This document shows positions 38,563 to 52,214 of a stretch of DNA of 64,000 nucleotides, piece by piece. Location: the NCBI GenBank assembly GCA_964016885.1, contig OZ024743.1:52204001-52268000 (forward strand), in the 5' to 3' direction. Position numbers and translations under genes: made by a program. This stretch comes from Eledone cirrhosa (taxonomy: Eukaryota). Position 1 is the first letter of the stretch. Each line of letters opens with the position of its first letter. The notes under the pieces were generated by a model. The model had not been told where the DNA came from and searched no databases. It worked only from the letters and a program-made list of their open reading frames with translations.

Positions 38563-38599
38563 TCTTCTGATGAAGGACTAGTGTCCGAAACATATAGAC
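38563..38599 (+). ncRNA. Minimal type I hammerhead ribozyme motif in a short dispersed repeat (decayed copies at 56784-56820 and 63813-63850)
   Basis: TCTT-CTGATGA-A-GGAC-TAGT-GTCC-GAAA-CATA-TAGA: conserved core boxes plus a 4-bp stem II. Confidence 0.75.
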
Positions 38600-38669
38600 T
38601 CTTTTCCTACTATACCAAATGTTAAACTAATATATTTCTTCATTGTACTGTATTGTTTACCTTTTGCAT

Positions 38670-38726
<57 letters not shown>

Positions 38727-38779
38727 TATGCACAAACATGCATTTATACACACACACACACAGGTATATGCTTATATAG

Positions 38780-38920
38780 CTGCAGATATGACTGTGTGGT
38801 TAAACAACATGGTTTCCAGTTCAGTTCAACTGCTTGGCACCTTGGGCAAATGTCTGTTACGATAACCTAGGGTTGACCAATACCTTATGAGTGGAATTTG
38901 GTTGATAGAAACTGTATGAA
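38780..38920 (+). mobile_element. CORE-like SINE, family C (other copies ~4860-4990, 48735-48850, 51150-51280, 57715-57800)
   Basis: TGGCACCTTGGGCAAGTGTC core after a tRNA-like head. Confidence 0.65.
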
Positions 38921-39282
38921 AACATGTTAAGATCTAGCACCTGGGTATTTATTACCCTAGGTTAACTCTACAATGTACCCAATTCTCTTAAATAATTTCA
39001 ATTTTGGTAAGGTGGTTAATTAGTTTTTGACATCTCTTGCTCTGACAACCACACTAAGACCATTACTAAGCCTGCATTTTCTACTACACAGTCTGCACAC
39101 ACCCATGCTAAGTCTCGTGAAAAGTGATAACATCATACAACCTTCTCCACTGCTCTCGATATTTCCATAATATTGCTACACGGCAAAGAAATTATATATT
39201 TAATTTAATTGTGGAAGCTTGTATAAAAACTGTGATTCTTTACAATTCAGTAATACTCCTCTGAGACACTTGGACCAGTTAA

Positions 39283-39489
39283 CTCCTTAGCATTTAAACT
39301 GGCCATATCCTGCCAGAATTCTCTCACTCACCTCTTTCTGTTCAAACTGGCCATAACCGGCCACTTATACTTATGTTAAGGTATTGTGCTCAAAATAAAT
39401 AATATCCAAATCTCAGATTCGATATGTGAGGTAAAACCTTTACCAAGAAAATATAATAGTATATATAGAGTAATGTAAATGGTAAAGGG
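39283..39489. mobile_element. piggyBac-type MITE, family 1
   Basis: TTAA flanks, degenerate TIR, homologous to 1264-1484. Confidence 0.8.
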
Positions 39490-40134
39490 TTAAGGAAGAA
39501 CAAATCGTTCATTTTGTTTTGCATAGATTTTTCGTTTTGCTGAAAAAAGGGTTTTAACCCTGAAATATGTTGAAATATATTGGGTAAGAAAAACATTACT
39601 TTGTTTTATTTTATTTGTCATCCTTTGCTCTTTATATATTTCTACTGCATTGTACCAACTTTCTGAAATATCAGTCATTCATCATCATCATCACATTTAA
39701 CATCTATTTTCAACATTAGCATGGATTAGACAAGTTGTTCCATTAGAGGCAAGTTGTGTCAGGTGACCATGTCTTGCTCATATAAGACTGTTTCTGGCTA
39801 GATTTCTACAGCTGGATGCCTTTCCTAACACCAACCACATTTACAGTGTGTGTGTGTCAGAGTGTGTGTGGGTGCATGCAAAAAAATAAACAGAATCACT
39901 CCATATTTATAGGGAAGGAGAAAGAGTACCTGGTTATTCCATGTGTCAACTATATTATTATTAGCTAATCCACTGGATTAACTTAATCAGTTTAGATTTA
40001 TTTGCTAAATGAGGATAATTTCTAAAGCTTTTCATTGTTGAAAGTTTATCAAATACAACAGAAACGTCAGCGGAATCTTCTCTCTTTAACACACCCCCTC
40101 CATCTTTACATGGATTTGAAGGTGAATAAATGAT

Positions 40135-41500
40135 AGTGTGTGGGAAGTGTGGAGGTTGTGTGTGGGAAGTGTGGATGTTGTGTGTGGGAAGTGTGGATGT
40201 TGTGTGTGGGAAGTGTGGATGTTGTGTGTGGGAAGTGTGGATGTTGTGTGTGGGAAGTGTGGATGTTGTGTGTGGGAAGTGTGGATGTTGTGTGTGGGAA
40301 GTGTGGATGTTGTGTGTGGGAAGTGTGGATGTTGTGTGTGGGAAATGTGGATGTTGTGTGTGGGAAGTGTGGATGTTATGTGTGGGAAGTGTGGATGTTG
40401 TGTGTGGGAAGTGTGGATGTTGTGTGTGGGAAGTGTGGATGTTGTGTGGGAAGTGTGGATGTTGTGTGGGAAGTGTGGATGTTGTGTGTGGGAAGTGTGG
40501 ATGTTGTGTGTGGGAAGTGTGGATGTTGTGTGTGAGAAGTGTGGATGTTGTGTGTGGGAAGTGTGGATGTGTGGGAAGTGTGGATGTTGTGTGGGAAGTG
40601 TGGATGTTGTGTGTGGGAAGTGTGGATGTTGTGTGGGAAGTGTGGATGTTGTGTGGGAAGTGTGGACGTTGTGTGGGTAGTGTGGATGTTGTGTGGGAAG
40701 TGTGGATGTTGTGTGGGTAGTGTGGATGTTGTGTGTGGGAAGTGTGGATGTTGTGTGTGGGAAGTGTGGATGTTGTGTGTGTGGGTAGTGTGGATGTTGT
40801 GTGGGAAGTGTGGATGTTGTGTGGGAAGTGTGGATGTTGTGTGGGAAGTGTGGATGTTGTGTGTGGGAAGTGTGGATGTTGTGTGGGAAGTGTGGATGTT
40901 GTGTGGGAAGTGTGGACGTTGTGTGGGTAGTGTGGATGTTGTGTGTAGGAAGTGTGGATGTTGTGTGGGAAGTGCGGATGTGGTGTGGGTAGTGTGGATG
41001 TTGTGTGTGGGAAGTGTGGATGTTGTGTGTGTGGGTAGTGTGGATGTTGTGTGGGAAGTGTGGATGTTGTGTGGGAAGTGTGGATGTTGTGTGGGAAGTG
41101 TGGATGTTGTGTGGGTAGTGTGGATGTTGTGTGTGGGAAGTGTGGATGATGTGTGGGAAGTGTGGACGTTGTGTGGGTAGTGTGGATGTTGTGTGTGGGA
41201 AGTGTGGATGTTGTGTGGGAAGTGTGGATGTTGTGTGGGTAGTGTGTATGTTGTGTGTGGGTAGTGTGTATGTTGTGTGTGGGTAGTGTGGATGTTGTCT
41301 GTGGGTAGTGTGGATGTTGTGTGTGGGTAGTGCGGATGTTGTGTGGGTAATGTGGATGTTGTGTGGGTAGTGTGTATGTTGTGTGGGTAGTGTGGATGTT
41401 GTGTGTGGGTAGTGCGGATGTTGTGTGGGTAATGTGGATGTTGTGTGTGGGAAGTGTGGATGTTGTGTGTGGGAAGTGTGGATGTTGTGTGTGGGAAGTG
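40135..41500. repeat. 18-20-bp G/T-rich satellite (GTGTGGGAAGTGTGGATGTT[GT])n
   Basis: Direct periodicity. Confidence 0.96.
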
Positions 41501-41599
41501 TGTTGAGATATATGAATGTGTATGTACTTGTATGTATGTGTATAATGTGCATGGTGTGAATGTATGTGTGTCTATGTGTGAATATGTGTGTGTGTGTGT

Positions 41600-41645
<46 letters not shown>

Positions 41646-43193
41646 TACATGCATGTCTGTGTGTACATATCTTGTGTTAGTATGGATATGTGTGTGGTGT
41701 GTGGCTGTGCATCTTTGTGGTGTGTGTGTGTGTGTCTATGTTGTGTATGTATATTAAGCCGACAGATGTTCCCTTTGTTTATCAAATTACAAAAATAAAA
41801 TTTTATCCATCACAAATTTTTGTTTTAAATACACAAATGGTACATTAGAATTTGTTCCCCCTCTAGCTTATGTTCACACCTGCAGTGTATGTATATGTAT
41901 ATATAAATATACAGGTATATGTATATATAAATATCCAGGTATATGTATATATAAATATCCAGGTAATTTTCCCTGATGCCAGCCCTATAACAAGTTTCAT
42001 CCCCATCATTGTGGGGTCCTTTTTGAGGCAATATGTTATGACCAGATGCCCTTACAACACACAGGAACATACATACATACACATATATATACATACATAC
42101 ATACATACATACATACATACATACACATACATATATATACATACATATACATACATACATATACATACATATATATACATACATATACATACATATATAT
42201 ACATATACATACACATACATACACATATATACAGGCAGACATATGGAAAAACAGACATAAAAGGATATTTATATATCCTAGCCAATTACCCAGTGTTACC
42301 TGGATAGGAGGAAGATACACACACATACTGGGGGGGGTTCCTAGAAATACTATGTCTGAAAGATAAAGACAGTAAGGTAAGGGCTGCAACATCTTTGATC
42401 ATACAGCTGCTCAATCAGATTTAACCTAGGGCTAAACAGCAACATGTATTATGAGGGATGTAAAGTGAGAGGATGAGGGTGAAATAGATGGTAGGATTAG
42501 TGGGGGGGGGGGGGGGGTAAAGAGAGAGGAGAGCAAATAAGCTGACAAAGCAATGAAGTGACTGGAGTAAAGGGTGGAGGGATGAGGGGTAATGGCCCCT
42601 GGGGTGAGAATAAAGTGATGATAAGGGATGCTAAATTGAAGGGGGGTGGAAGAGATTCTGTAAAATATTTCAAATAGGTTGCTAACTCTCCAATCATAAC
42701 AACCCCCTCATGGTGTGGAGGGTGGGGGACTCCTCCCTACTCTCTACTTCACCCCCCACCTCTTGAAGTTGTAATATATACCAAGAGTAAACCTGAGAGA
42801 AGGTCCCCTAGAAACAGCCCCCCAGTAAGACAGAGAAACAAGTGGGGGTGGGGCAGACTTAGATTAGTTCATTTTTGTTTGTTTACTGACTAGAGAGGGA
42901 GATTGTGCCCATGACCCTTTCAGGGCTTCCATAATTTGTTGGAGCGAGAGAGTGAGGAAAGGTGCAAGTGTAGGGTGAGGGAGTCAAGATAGGTGAGAGG
43001 AAGGGAAGGAGTAAGGGATGGATGGAGGGTGAGAAGGATAGAGTAAGGTAAAGGGAGGGAGGGAGGAAGGGAAGTATCCTGAAACTGCAGACCTCAGTCA
43101 AATACTTGAAAATGGGATCTGCTAAAGTCACTCAAGGGCCATGTGGGAGATGAATTAAGTGTACCACCCAAATAGCCCACAATAGGATTTTAA

Positions 43194-43396
43194 GCCTTTA
43201 GCATTTAACCCGGCCATATCCGGCCAGAATTCTCTCACCTCTTTCTGTTCAGCTGTAACAGGCTGCTCATACTGACATTAAGGTACTGTTCTCAAAATAA
43301 ATAATATCAAAATCTCATAGATTTGATATTATGTGAAGTAAAGTCTTTACTGTGAAAATATAATAGTAAATAGAGAGTAATGTAAATGTTAAAGGG
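43194..43396. mobile_element. piggyBac-type MITE, family 1
   Basis: TTAA flanks and TIR. Confidence 0.8.
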
Positions 43397-43519
43397 TTAA
43401 CTCACAACACAAAGAATTGGAACAAATAAGAATTTGCCTGAATTAAGAGGGAAACTGTCAATTTAAGCAGGGACCCACAATATTTAAAGGGCCCAAAATA
43501 TATATATATATATATATAT

Positions 43520-46500
43520 TGTTTCGACCGCGGACGGCTAACATAACCCCATCGCCCCTCGCCCCCCCCCCCCAAACGCAATCCAAAACTTCAGAGTTGG
43601 TACCATAAATGTAGGCACCCTAAAGGGTCGCGCTAACGAGGTTGTAGAAATGCTTGAACGTAAGGAGGTCGATGTTTGTTGTATTCAAGAGACCAGGTGG
43701 AGGGGTGGGTCTGCTAGGTTCATTGAGGGTAAAAAACGATGTTATAAGCTTTTCTGGGTGGGAAACGACGATGGGCTGGGTGGAGTAGGAATCATGGTAG
43801 CAGAAAAGTGGGCAGATAAGATAATAGACGTAAATAGAGTGAACGACAGAATAATTAAAATACGACTTGTCCTCAATAGAACTACGGTGATAAGATAATA
43901 GACGTAATAGAACTACGGCAGATAAGATAATAGACGTAAATAGAGTGAACGACAGAATAATTAAAATACCACTTGTCCTCAATAGAACTACGGTGACAGT
44001 AATATCTGCGTACGCACCCCAATCCGGACTGCCCGGCACTATAAAAGACAGATTCTATGAGACACTGATGCTAACTACCTCCCAAATATCCGACAGTGAC
44101 TATATAATTATCGCAGGCGACCTAAATGGTCACGTTGGACAACATTGTGACGGCTACGACGAAATCCATGGAGGCTATGGGTTTGGTACTAGAAATGAGG
44201 AAGGCTCCAGAATCCTGGAATTCTGTGATGCAAATAACCTAACTATCTGTAACACTAACTTCAAAAAACGTGACAATCACCTGATCACCTATAGATCCGG
44301 GGAATACACAAGCCAGGTAGATTATATCCTTACCAGAAGACGTGACAGAGTGTCTGTTGTAAACACTAAATCCCTCCCCCATGAAGAATGCACCTCCCAA
44401 CATAGACTGATAATTAGCGACCTCATAGTCAGGACGAGACGTACTCGACAGCAGAAGAGGACTATCCTCAGGAGAAAAATATGGAAGCTAAAGGACCCCA
44501 CAGCCAGGAATAAATTTCAAAGCATATTACTTGATGCTTTCGACAGTAAGGAAGAACATTTAGAGTCGGACAATATAGAGGGAGAGTGGGAATTTCTGAA
44601 AGCAAACCTGCTGTTGGCGACAGACGAAGTCTGTGGCTGGAGCAGGCCTGTAGGCAGGAGGAGAGTAACATGGTGGTGGAACAGTAAGGTGGAGGGGTCA
44701 ATTAAGGCCAAAAAGCAGGCTTGGAAAGTATGGCGGGATGGGGGAAGTAGAGAAGACTATCAAGTGGCCAGGAGGGAAGCTAGGAGACAAGTGTACTTAG
44801 CAAGAAGGGAAGCTGAGGAAAGAAAGTTCAAGCATGTTCTACAACGCGATGACCAAAAACGTGAGGTGTTCAGGATTGCTAGGCAATGCGTCAAGGAAAA
44901 CCGTGATATTGTCGGGGAGAAGTGTGTACTAAACGACAATGGCACACTTGCCATCACCGACGCTGATAAGAAGGTAGCTTGGAAGTGTCACTATGAAAGG
45001 CTACTAAATGAGGAGAATAAATGGGAGAAAGACAGTCTCCCCCATATCGACCCAATAGAGGGACCAGCAGTGTTAGTCGAGGGGAGTATAATAAGTAAGG
45101 CAATCAAGGATATGAAGACGGGTAAGGCGGCTGGGCCTTCGGAAATAGTTGCTGAGATGCTGAAGGCATCTGGCACGGTGGGACACACCATGGTCACCCG
45201 CATAGTTAACCAAGTCGTACAGAATGGGGTTGTTCCGAAGGACTGGCATAGCAGCATCATCGTTAACTGTTATAAGGGTAAAGGAGACGCCCTAGATAGG
45301 AGTAACTATAGAGGCATTAAATTAATTGACCAGGTCATGAAGGTCACGGAAAAAGTAATAGCGCAACTAATCAGAGAGAGAATTGACCTAGATGAAATGC
45401 AGTTCGGGTTTGTGTCAGGCAAAAGTACCACAGACGCTCTTTTCATAGTACGACAACTACAGGAGAAGTACCTAGCTAAAGGTAAACCCCTCTACTTAGC
45501 TTTTGTCGACTTGGAGAAAGCCTTCGACAGAGTCCCCCGCTCCATTATCTGGTGGGCTCTTAGAAAACTAGGCGTTGACGAATGGCTTGTGAGGGCTATA
45601 CAAGCCATGTATAAAGAAACAGTCAGCAAGGTTAGAATTAACAACGAATATAGTGAAGAGTTTAGCGTAAAAGTTGGCGTCCATCAGGGCTCTGTTCTCA
45701 GCCCACTACTATTTATTATTGCCCTTCAGGCTATAACAGAGGAGTTCAAGACAGGCTGCCCATGGGAACTCCTATACGCAGACGACCTGACACTCATAGC
45801 GGAATCAATGGCCGAGCTAGAGAAGAAATTCCAAACATGGAAGCACGGCCTAGAGTCAAAAGGACTTAAAATTAACCTGGCTAAGACCAAAGTACTAGTT
45901 TGTAGGAAAGAAAACAAGGCGGCGGTCCCTTCTGGGAAATGGTCGTGCTCGGTGTGTAGGAAAGGCGTAGGTAGAAACTCCATTTTATGTCCTAAATGCA
46001 AAGTATGGGTGCATAAAAGATGTAGTGGGATCACAGGTAAGCTAACTAAGAACATAGATTTTACATGTGGCCGGTGCTCTGGTGCAATAAGTAGCAGCAA
46101 GTGCCCACAAATACTAGCTCTTTCAATTGCGCAGAGGGTTCTATAGAAATAGTGGACAGCTTCCGTTACCTGGGCAATAAAATCAGCAGTGGGGGAGGGT
46201 GCTCTGAAAGTACTGTAGCTAGAGTCAGAACTGGTTGGAAAAAGTTCAGAGAGCTTATACCACTATTAGCTGCTAAAGGGTTCTCCCTAAAAATGAAAGG
46301 CAGGTTGTACGATGCCTGCATACGAACAGCAATGCTGCATGGCAGTGAGACCTGGGCATTGTGTGCAGAGGATATACGCAGACTAGAGAGGAACGAAGCT
46401 TGCATGCTCCGCTGGATGTGTAACAGTAATATACGTGAACGGCAAAGCATAAACGAACTAAGGAAAAAATTAGAGATAAGAGGGATCAGATGTTGTTTAC

Positions 46501-47130
46501 TCGAGAGAAGGCTATGTTGGTATGGACACGTGATGCGCATGAAAGTCGATAGCTGTATAACAAAGTGCAGGGCAATAAAGATAGACGGTAGCCACGGAAT
46601 AGGCAGACCTAGAAAAACCTGGGACGAGCTGATAAACTCCGACATCACACACACCTCTCCAAGACAATGTCACTGGACCGAGACCTTTGGCGGTACTCAG
46701 TAACAGAGAAGACCCGCCTTACCTAAATATATAGTAAAACCTACTCCAGCCAGTAGGCATCTCTAACAAAATACACCCCGTCCCACCACCACCACCCCCA
46801 CCCCATCCACACCACCCCGTTCTATGTAAAGTTATGTTGGTGCCGCGCCATCGAGGCCGAAACAAATGAGATCGTGTAGGTGTCACGACAAAAAAACACA
46901 CAGTCCACGCTGTAATGTGGCCGTGTAGGCAACACGGTAAAAACCTCCCAGACCCACACTGTAAATGTGGTTGGTGTTAGGAAGGGCATCCAACTGTAGA
47001 AAACCTGCCAGACAGTCCTATGCGAGCAAGACAATCACCCTTGCCTCAAGTGGGACTACCCCCGTCCAAACCCATGCAAGCGTGGAACACGGACGTTAAA
47101 CGTTGATGATGATGATGATGATGATGATGA
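43520..47130 (+). mobile_element. Near-full-length RTE LINE family 2 (AP endonuclease + RT + PHD-like finger), disabled
   Basis: APE motifs (TINVGTL, CIQETRW, SAYAPQ, GDLNGHVG, QVDYIL, SQHRL) and RT motifs (QFGF, FVDLEKAFD, GVHQGSVLSP, LYADD). Broken by a ~76-bp duplication (43815-43890 / 43921-43996) and a frameshift near 46100; (GAT)n tail. Confidence 0.96.
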
Positions 47131-47137
47131 TATATAT

Positions 47138-47625
47138 TGCTATTATGGACATGTGATGCGTATGAAGGATGACAGCTGCATAAAAAGGCGCAGAGCACGA
47201 GAAGTCGATGGAAGCCGCGGAGTGGGGAGACCCAAGAAGACCTGGGATGAGGTGATAAAAGCCGACCTTACCCAATTACACCTCTCAAAGGCGATGACAT
47301 AGGACCGTGACCTCTGGCATCACGCAGTAATACAGAAGACCCGACTTTTCACGGGTTGAAGCTGAAGCATATAGACAATATGCCCCCACACCCTCCCACT
47401 GCAAAAAAGCACCCAGCCCACACTGTAAAGTGGACATGTAGGTGCCACGGAAAAAAAGCACCCAGTTGGTGTTAGGAAGGGCATCCAGCTGTAGAAATCA
47501 AACCAGGATCAGTTCTTGTATGAGCAAGGCATGGTTAGCAGACTGGACACTGCCCACAACAGGACAACCTGTCTAACCCATGCTAGCATGGAAGAACGGA
47601 CGTAAAACGGTGATGATGATGACGA
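47138..47625 (+). mobile_element. RTE family 3, 3' fragment
   Basis: Reverse-complement match to 32085-32630. Confidence 0.88.
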
Positions 47626-48861
47626 CTCAAGGGTCCCAAATAAACTTTCACCCAGGGACTCCTGGTAAGTTTAATCTGTCCCTAGTCTCATGTCAGTACA
47701 TCATCCTCATCACCATATGTCCACCTCCTATGTTAGGTTGGACAGATAGTCCTAGTCCAACCACCAGAAGGGTCAGAGTGACTTCATCTTGCTCATACAT
47801 TCCATACTGGGTAAGGCTTCTATGACTGAATGATTTTCATAACACCAATCACCTTACAGAGTGTACTGGGTGCATTTTTTCATGGAACCACCAATGTCAC
47901 TTTACAGATTGTATTAAAAGCATTTTTGTTTGTGGCACTAACATTAACACTTTACAGGGTGTATGGCAGCACTAGCACTATTGCAGCACCATAAATTAGA
48001 ATAGTGAGCGAGAATATGAAGGGCTAAGAGAGTGAGGGTTGTGAGGCAACTGAGACAATTAGGAAGTTGGTTGCTTGGTTCTATCACAGGATAAAATGCT
48101 TCACTGCATTTGTTCCCACTCTCTGTGCTCTGAGTTCAACTTTGCCTTTCATTCTTGTAGGATTGATAAATAAAGTACTAGTCCAGGGACATTGGATTGG
48201 TAGAATTGTTAGAGGGTCTACCAGGATTGCCTGATGGTATTTACTTTGGTCATTTGTGTTGTGAGTTCGTATGGGATGACATTGGTGCCCAATCTGTATT
48301 TGACCTCACCTTTCTTTGGGATAACAATGGTGGAGATTTACATTGACAGATGACAGTCTCCCACAAAACAGCCTGCCCAGGCCTCTCAGAGAGTAACCTT
48401 CCAGGATGGGGATGACCAAAGGGGGCTATAATCTAATCTAATTTAATAATCCACACCAGAAAAATGTGTTTCATATAGCTCAATCTACATGGCTGAATAT
48501 AAGTTACATAGATATTAGTGGGACTGACAGGTAAGCTAATTTGTGACGTGAATTGGCTTCCACTTGAAACGAGGATCTGGTTGTGGGTTGGCAGATTAGA
48601 GGGATAATCAGGAGATTAATGAAAAAGATTAGTGAGGTCAATTAACTCCCGATCAGGCTATGGGTTGGCTCAACAGGAAATAAAATACTATACAAGACTT
48701 CCTGTATTTAGACTGGAAAGATTATTAGGCACAAGCATGGCTGTGTGATCACTTCCCAACCACATGGTTTTGTGTTTAGTCCCACTGTGTGGTACCTTGG
48801 GTAGCCTTGGGTTGACGTGAATGAAATTTGGTAGCTGGAAACTGCAGAATATTGTCGTTTA

Positions 48862-48893
<32 letters not shown>

Positions 48894-48976
48894 TGTGAGA
48901 GAGACCATACTGAAGAAACTGAGTAATAGGAACACCTTAACCTACTAGAAAAAGCAACCAATTTTCCTCAAATTAG

Positions 48977-49522
48977 TGGCAGCAGTTATGATGGTAGTGG
49001 TGGTGGTGGTGGTTATGATGGTGGTGGTGGTGGTGGTGGTTATGATGGTAGTGGTGGTGGTTGTAGTGGTGATGGTGGTGGTGGCAGTAGTTATGATGGT
49101 AGTGGTGGTGGTGGTAGTGGTGGTGGTGGTAGTGGTGGTGGTGGTAGTGGTGATGGTGGTGGTGGCGGCAGTTATGATGGTGATGGTGGTGGTGGTGGTG
49201 GTGGTGGTGGTGGTGGTGGTAGCGGCAGTTGTGATGGTGGTGGTGGTGGCGGCAGTTATGATGGTAGTGGTGGTGGTGGTGGTGGTAGTGGTGGTGGTGG
49301 TGGTGGTAGTGGTGGTGGTGGTGGCAGTTATGATGGTAGTGGTGGTGGTGGTGGCGTTAATTATGATGGTAGTGGTGGTGGTGTTGGTGTTGGTGGCGGC
49401 GGTTATGAGGGTAGTGGTGGTGACAGTTATGATGGTAGTGGTGGTGGTGGCGGCGGTTATGATGATAGTGGTGGTGGTGGTAGTGGTGGCGGCGGTTATG
49501 ATGGTAGTGGTGGTGGTGGTGT
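48977..49522. repeat. Compound (GTG)n repeat with recurring GCAGTTATGAT
   Basis: Read directly. Confidence 0.93.
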
Positions 49523-52214
49523 GTAGACGATGTGGAACATACAAGATAGCTAAAGTAGAGATTTGATTGAAACAATTAATTAATGAACTGAAATCTAGAA
49601 CTGGAGCAGTAATTACAGTTTAATAATGATGAGTGAGAGAGTTAATTAAAGAACCATTACAATATCTTGTTGGTATATGTGTTTGTGTGTGTGTATACAC
49701 ATGTATGTATATGTGCATGGAAGTTTGCACATAATGTGTGTATACAAACATGTAGAGGTGTGTGTCTACATGTTAATTTGCATGTGTGTGTGTGTGTTTG
49801 CACACATGTTTATATATGAAAGTTTGCATACGTGTGTTACATACATGTATGTGCCTGTCTGTATGGGGGTGTGCATATGCAGGTATGTTTGCACACGTCT
49901 GTGTGTGTGTACAGATCTGTATAAAAACACACAAACTGTAAACCTTCTAAGGTCAGACAAGCTCCAACATGTCAGGTAACTGGTAGTAACTGCTCCTTTC
50001 TCCCTCCCACCCATCAACCCCTTCTCACCCCTCAGCTATCCCCACCACCCACATCCACCCTTGCATCATCACCCCACATCCCCAACACATCCACATATCA
50101 AGAGTCAATGTGGGAAACTCTGCATGTTAAATCAAAGTGCTAGATATAGCAGCCAAATCTCCCTCAAACTCCACCCTATCATCTAAAAGTGGACACATTA
50201 TATAATGTGGTCCAGTGTTCACTGCACCTAGGAAAAATATGGAGTGGTCATGACTGGACTGCCTTTGATTATATGTCTGCTGACCTGGGGCTAAACAACA
50301 AATGACTACCCCACCTATCTAACACCACCACCATCTAGTACCACACACCACAATGCCACATACCAATACATCCATCTATCACACCCACCACCACATCACA
50401 CCTACCACCACCAGCACCACCATGACAATCACCATACACATCTCCTCTCACCACCATTGCACCTGCCACCACATGAAAAAGATGTGTGGGCCCCACCCCT
50501 GACGTCATTGCTGCATCAGCTGATTGTATTACAAGTACTGCAGTGAGACGCTAACGACACTGGTTACACTGTGCAGCTGTTGCGGCATCATTGAGCTTGC
50601 AGACATTTTGTTAAAGCAGCAAGTATTGCAATGACAGTGACATTTGCGTTATTTAGGGATGGGGGTGACTTAACTGCTACCCTAATACAGGGCTACATTA
50701 TGTGGTTGAAGTCTAGGGACTCTGCATTGAGTAGGAGCCTTTTCTGATGTAATGGAATGAAAGACTGAAATACCAGACTGGGCCCAAAATATCTGAAAGC
50801 TTATAGGCCTAGCCAAGGGTTAATATGGTTGTGCCCTTACACCAACTCCCCAACAAAATCTCAAGCCAGTGAAGGAGCTCCTAAACCCTTTTTGTGCCAT
50901 TTACCCTGCGACACATTTTCAAAAGTAAATATATCCCCAGCCTCTTCAGTGCAATAATTTAACTTTTATGGACCCTCAGTTGATTGATGAACATTCAGTT
51001 GTTCATTCAACAGAACATCTGACTTGTTCCAAGTGTGTAAGTAGTTGAGTATTTCACATGTGTACTCTTAGCGTAATCCTCAACCTGAATCAGTATGGTG
51101 CAATATATGACAAGGCTAGACATTTAAATTACTGGTGCAATCCAGCTGATAGACTTCTAAACAGTTTCACAATTTCATTCAGAAGTCATGGGTCACCCTG
51201 AGGCTATGGTAAAGACACATATCCAAGATGCCATGCAGTGAGATTGAACTCAGGACTTTATGATCATTCAGCCACATCTGTGTCCACAATTTCAGTTTCT
51301 ATCTCTAGCATAATATAGTAACCAACAAAAGGAATATTTTAAAACAGCTTTTAACCTTTTTGATACCAAACAGCTCAAAACTGCTTCTGGTGCAATGTAT
51401 GATATAAAACTGACCATGTTAAAATGTTAATATTTTAATAGCAAACTATCTGAAACTACCCCCAGTTTTACAATACATATCTATATATTTTCAAATGTTT
51501 AAATTTATCTAAAAACTTTCCATCATAATTTTATGTAACCTTTGTTAAGTTATGTTCCAAACACCAGCTTGATAATGAGAAAGTTAGTTAGATAACTAAT
51601 TTCCCGACAAAATTCTTGATTATTTAAAAAATTATTTCAAAATTATAGGCCAGTATCTTTCATTAGAAATATCATAACAAAAAGTGTCAAACTAAAATTG
51701 AGAAAATTTTGTTTAGTTATATTCTAAATACCAATTTAATAACAATAAAGTTAGTTCATTGACTAAATCCCTCCAACTGGTACTTTATTAACGAGCTGGC
51801 CCTGTGTTATCAAAAATAATGGCTAACTGTAATATCTATTCTTAATATAATGTTTGTTTGTTTGTTGGTTGGTTCCTTCACGCTCACTCACACAAGTGAT
51901 GCAAACATACAAACACACAGCTGTGACAAATCTTAGATCACTGAATTTCTATGGTTTCTCATCTCACCTTCCTCAGCCATCACATAGATGCATGTGTATT
52001 AGACACCCCTTCCTTCTCCAGTCATCTCTAGTGTGTGATGGACAAATACACAAGGCTATTATATTAGTTGATCCTGGAAGAATGGAAGCAAATTTGACCT
52101 CAGCAGAACAAATACTGCAAGGAATTTTATCCTACACATTAACAACTCTGCCAATTTGCCTTTGGTTACATAGTTGACTTGTGTAACATACAATTATGCA
52201 AAGTTCCAAACAGA

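Noticed and set aside
40086-41785. 522/469-aa His/Thr/Pro-rich ORFs and Cys-rich opposite-strand ORFs
   Set aside because: Satellite translation open in several frames; no splice or domain evidence.
43945-46146. Intact active LINE or domesticated host gene
   Set aside because: The ORF is cut off from the endonuclease N-terminus by a duplication with a stop, and from the C-terminus by a frameshift, unless these are assembly errors.
48945-49566. Mucin-like poly-Thr or poly-Val ORFs (also 14081-14506, 37503-37817)
   Set aside because: Trinucleotide repeats without flanking coding context.
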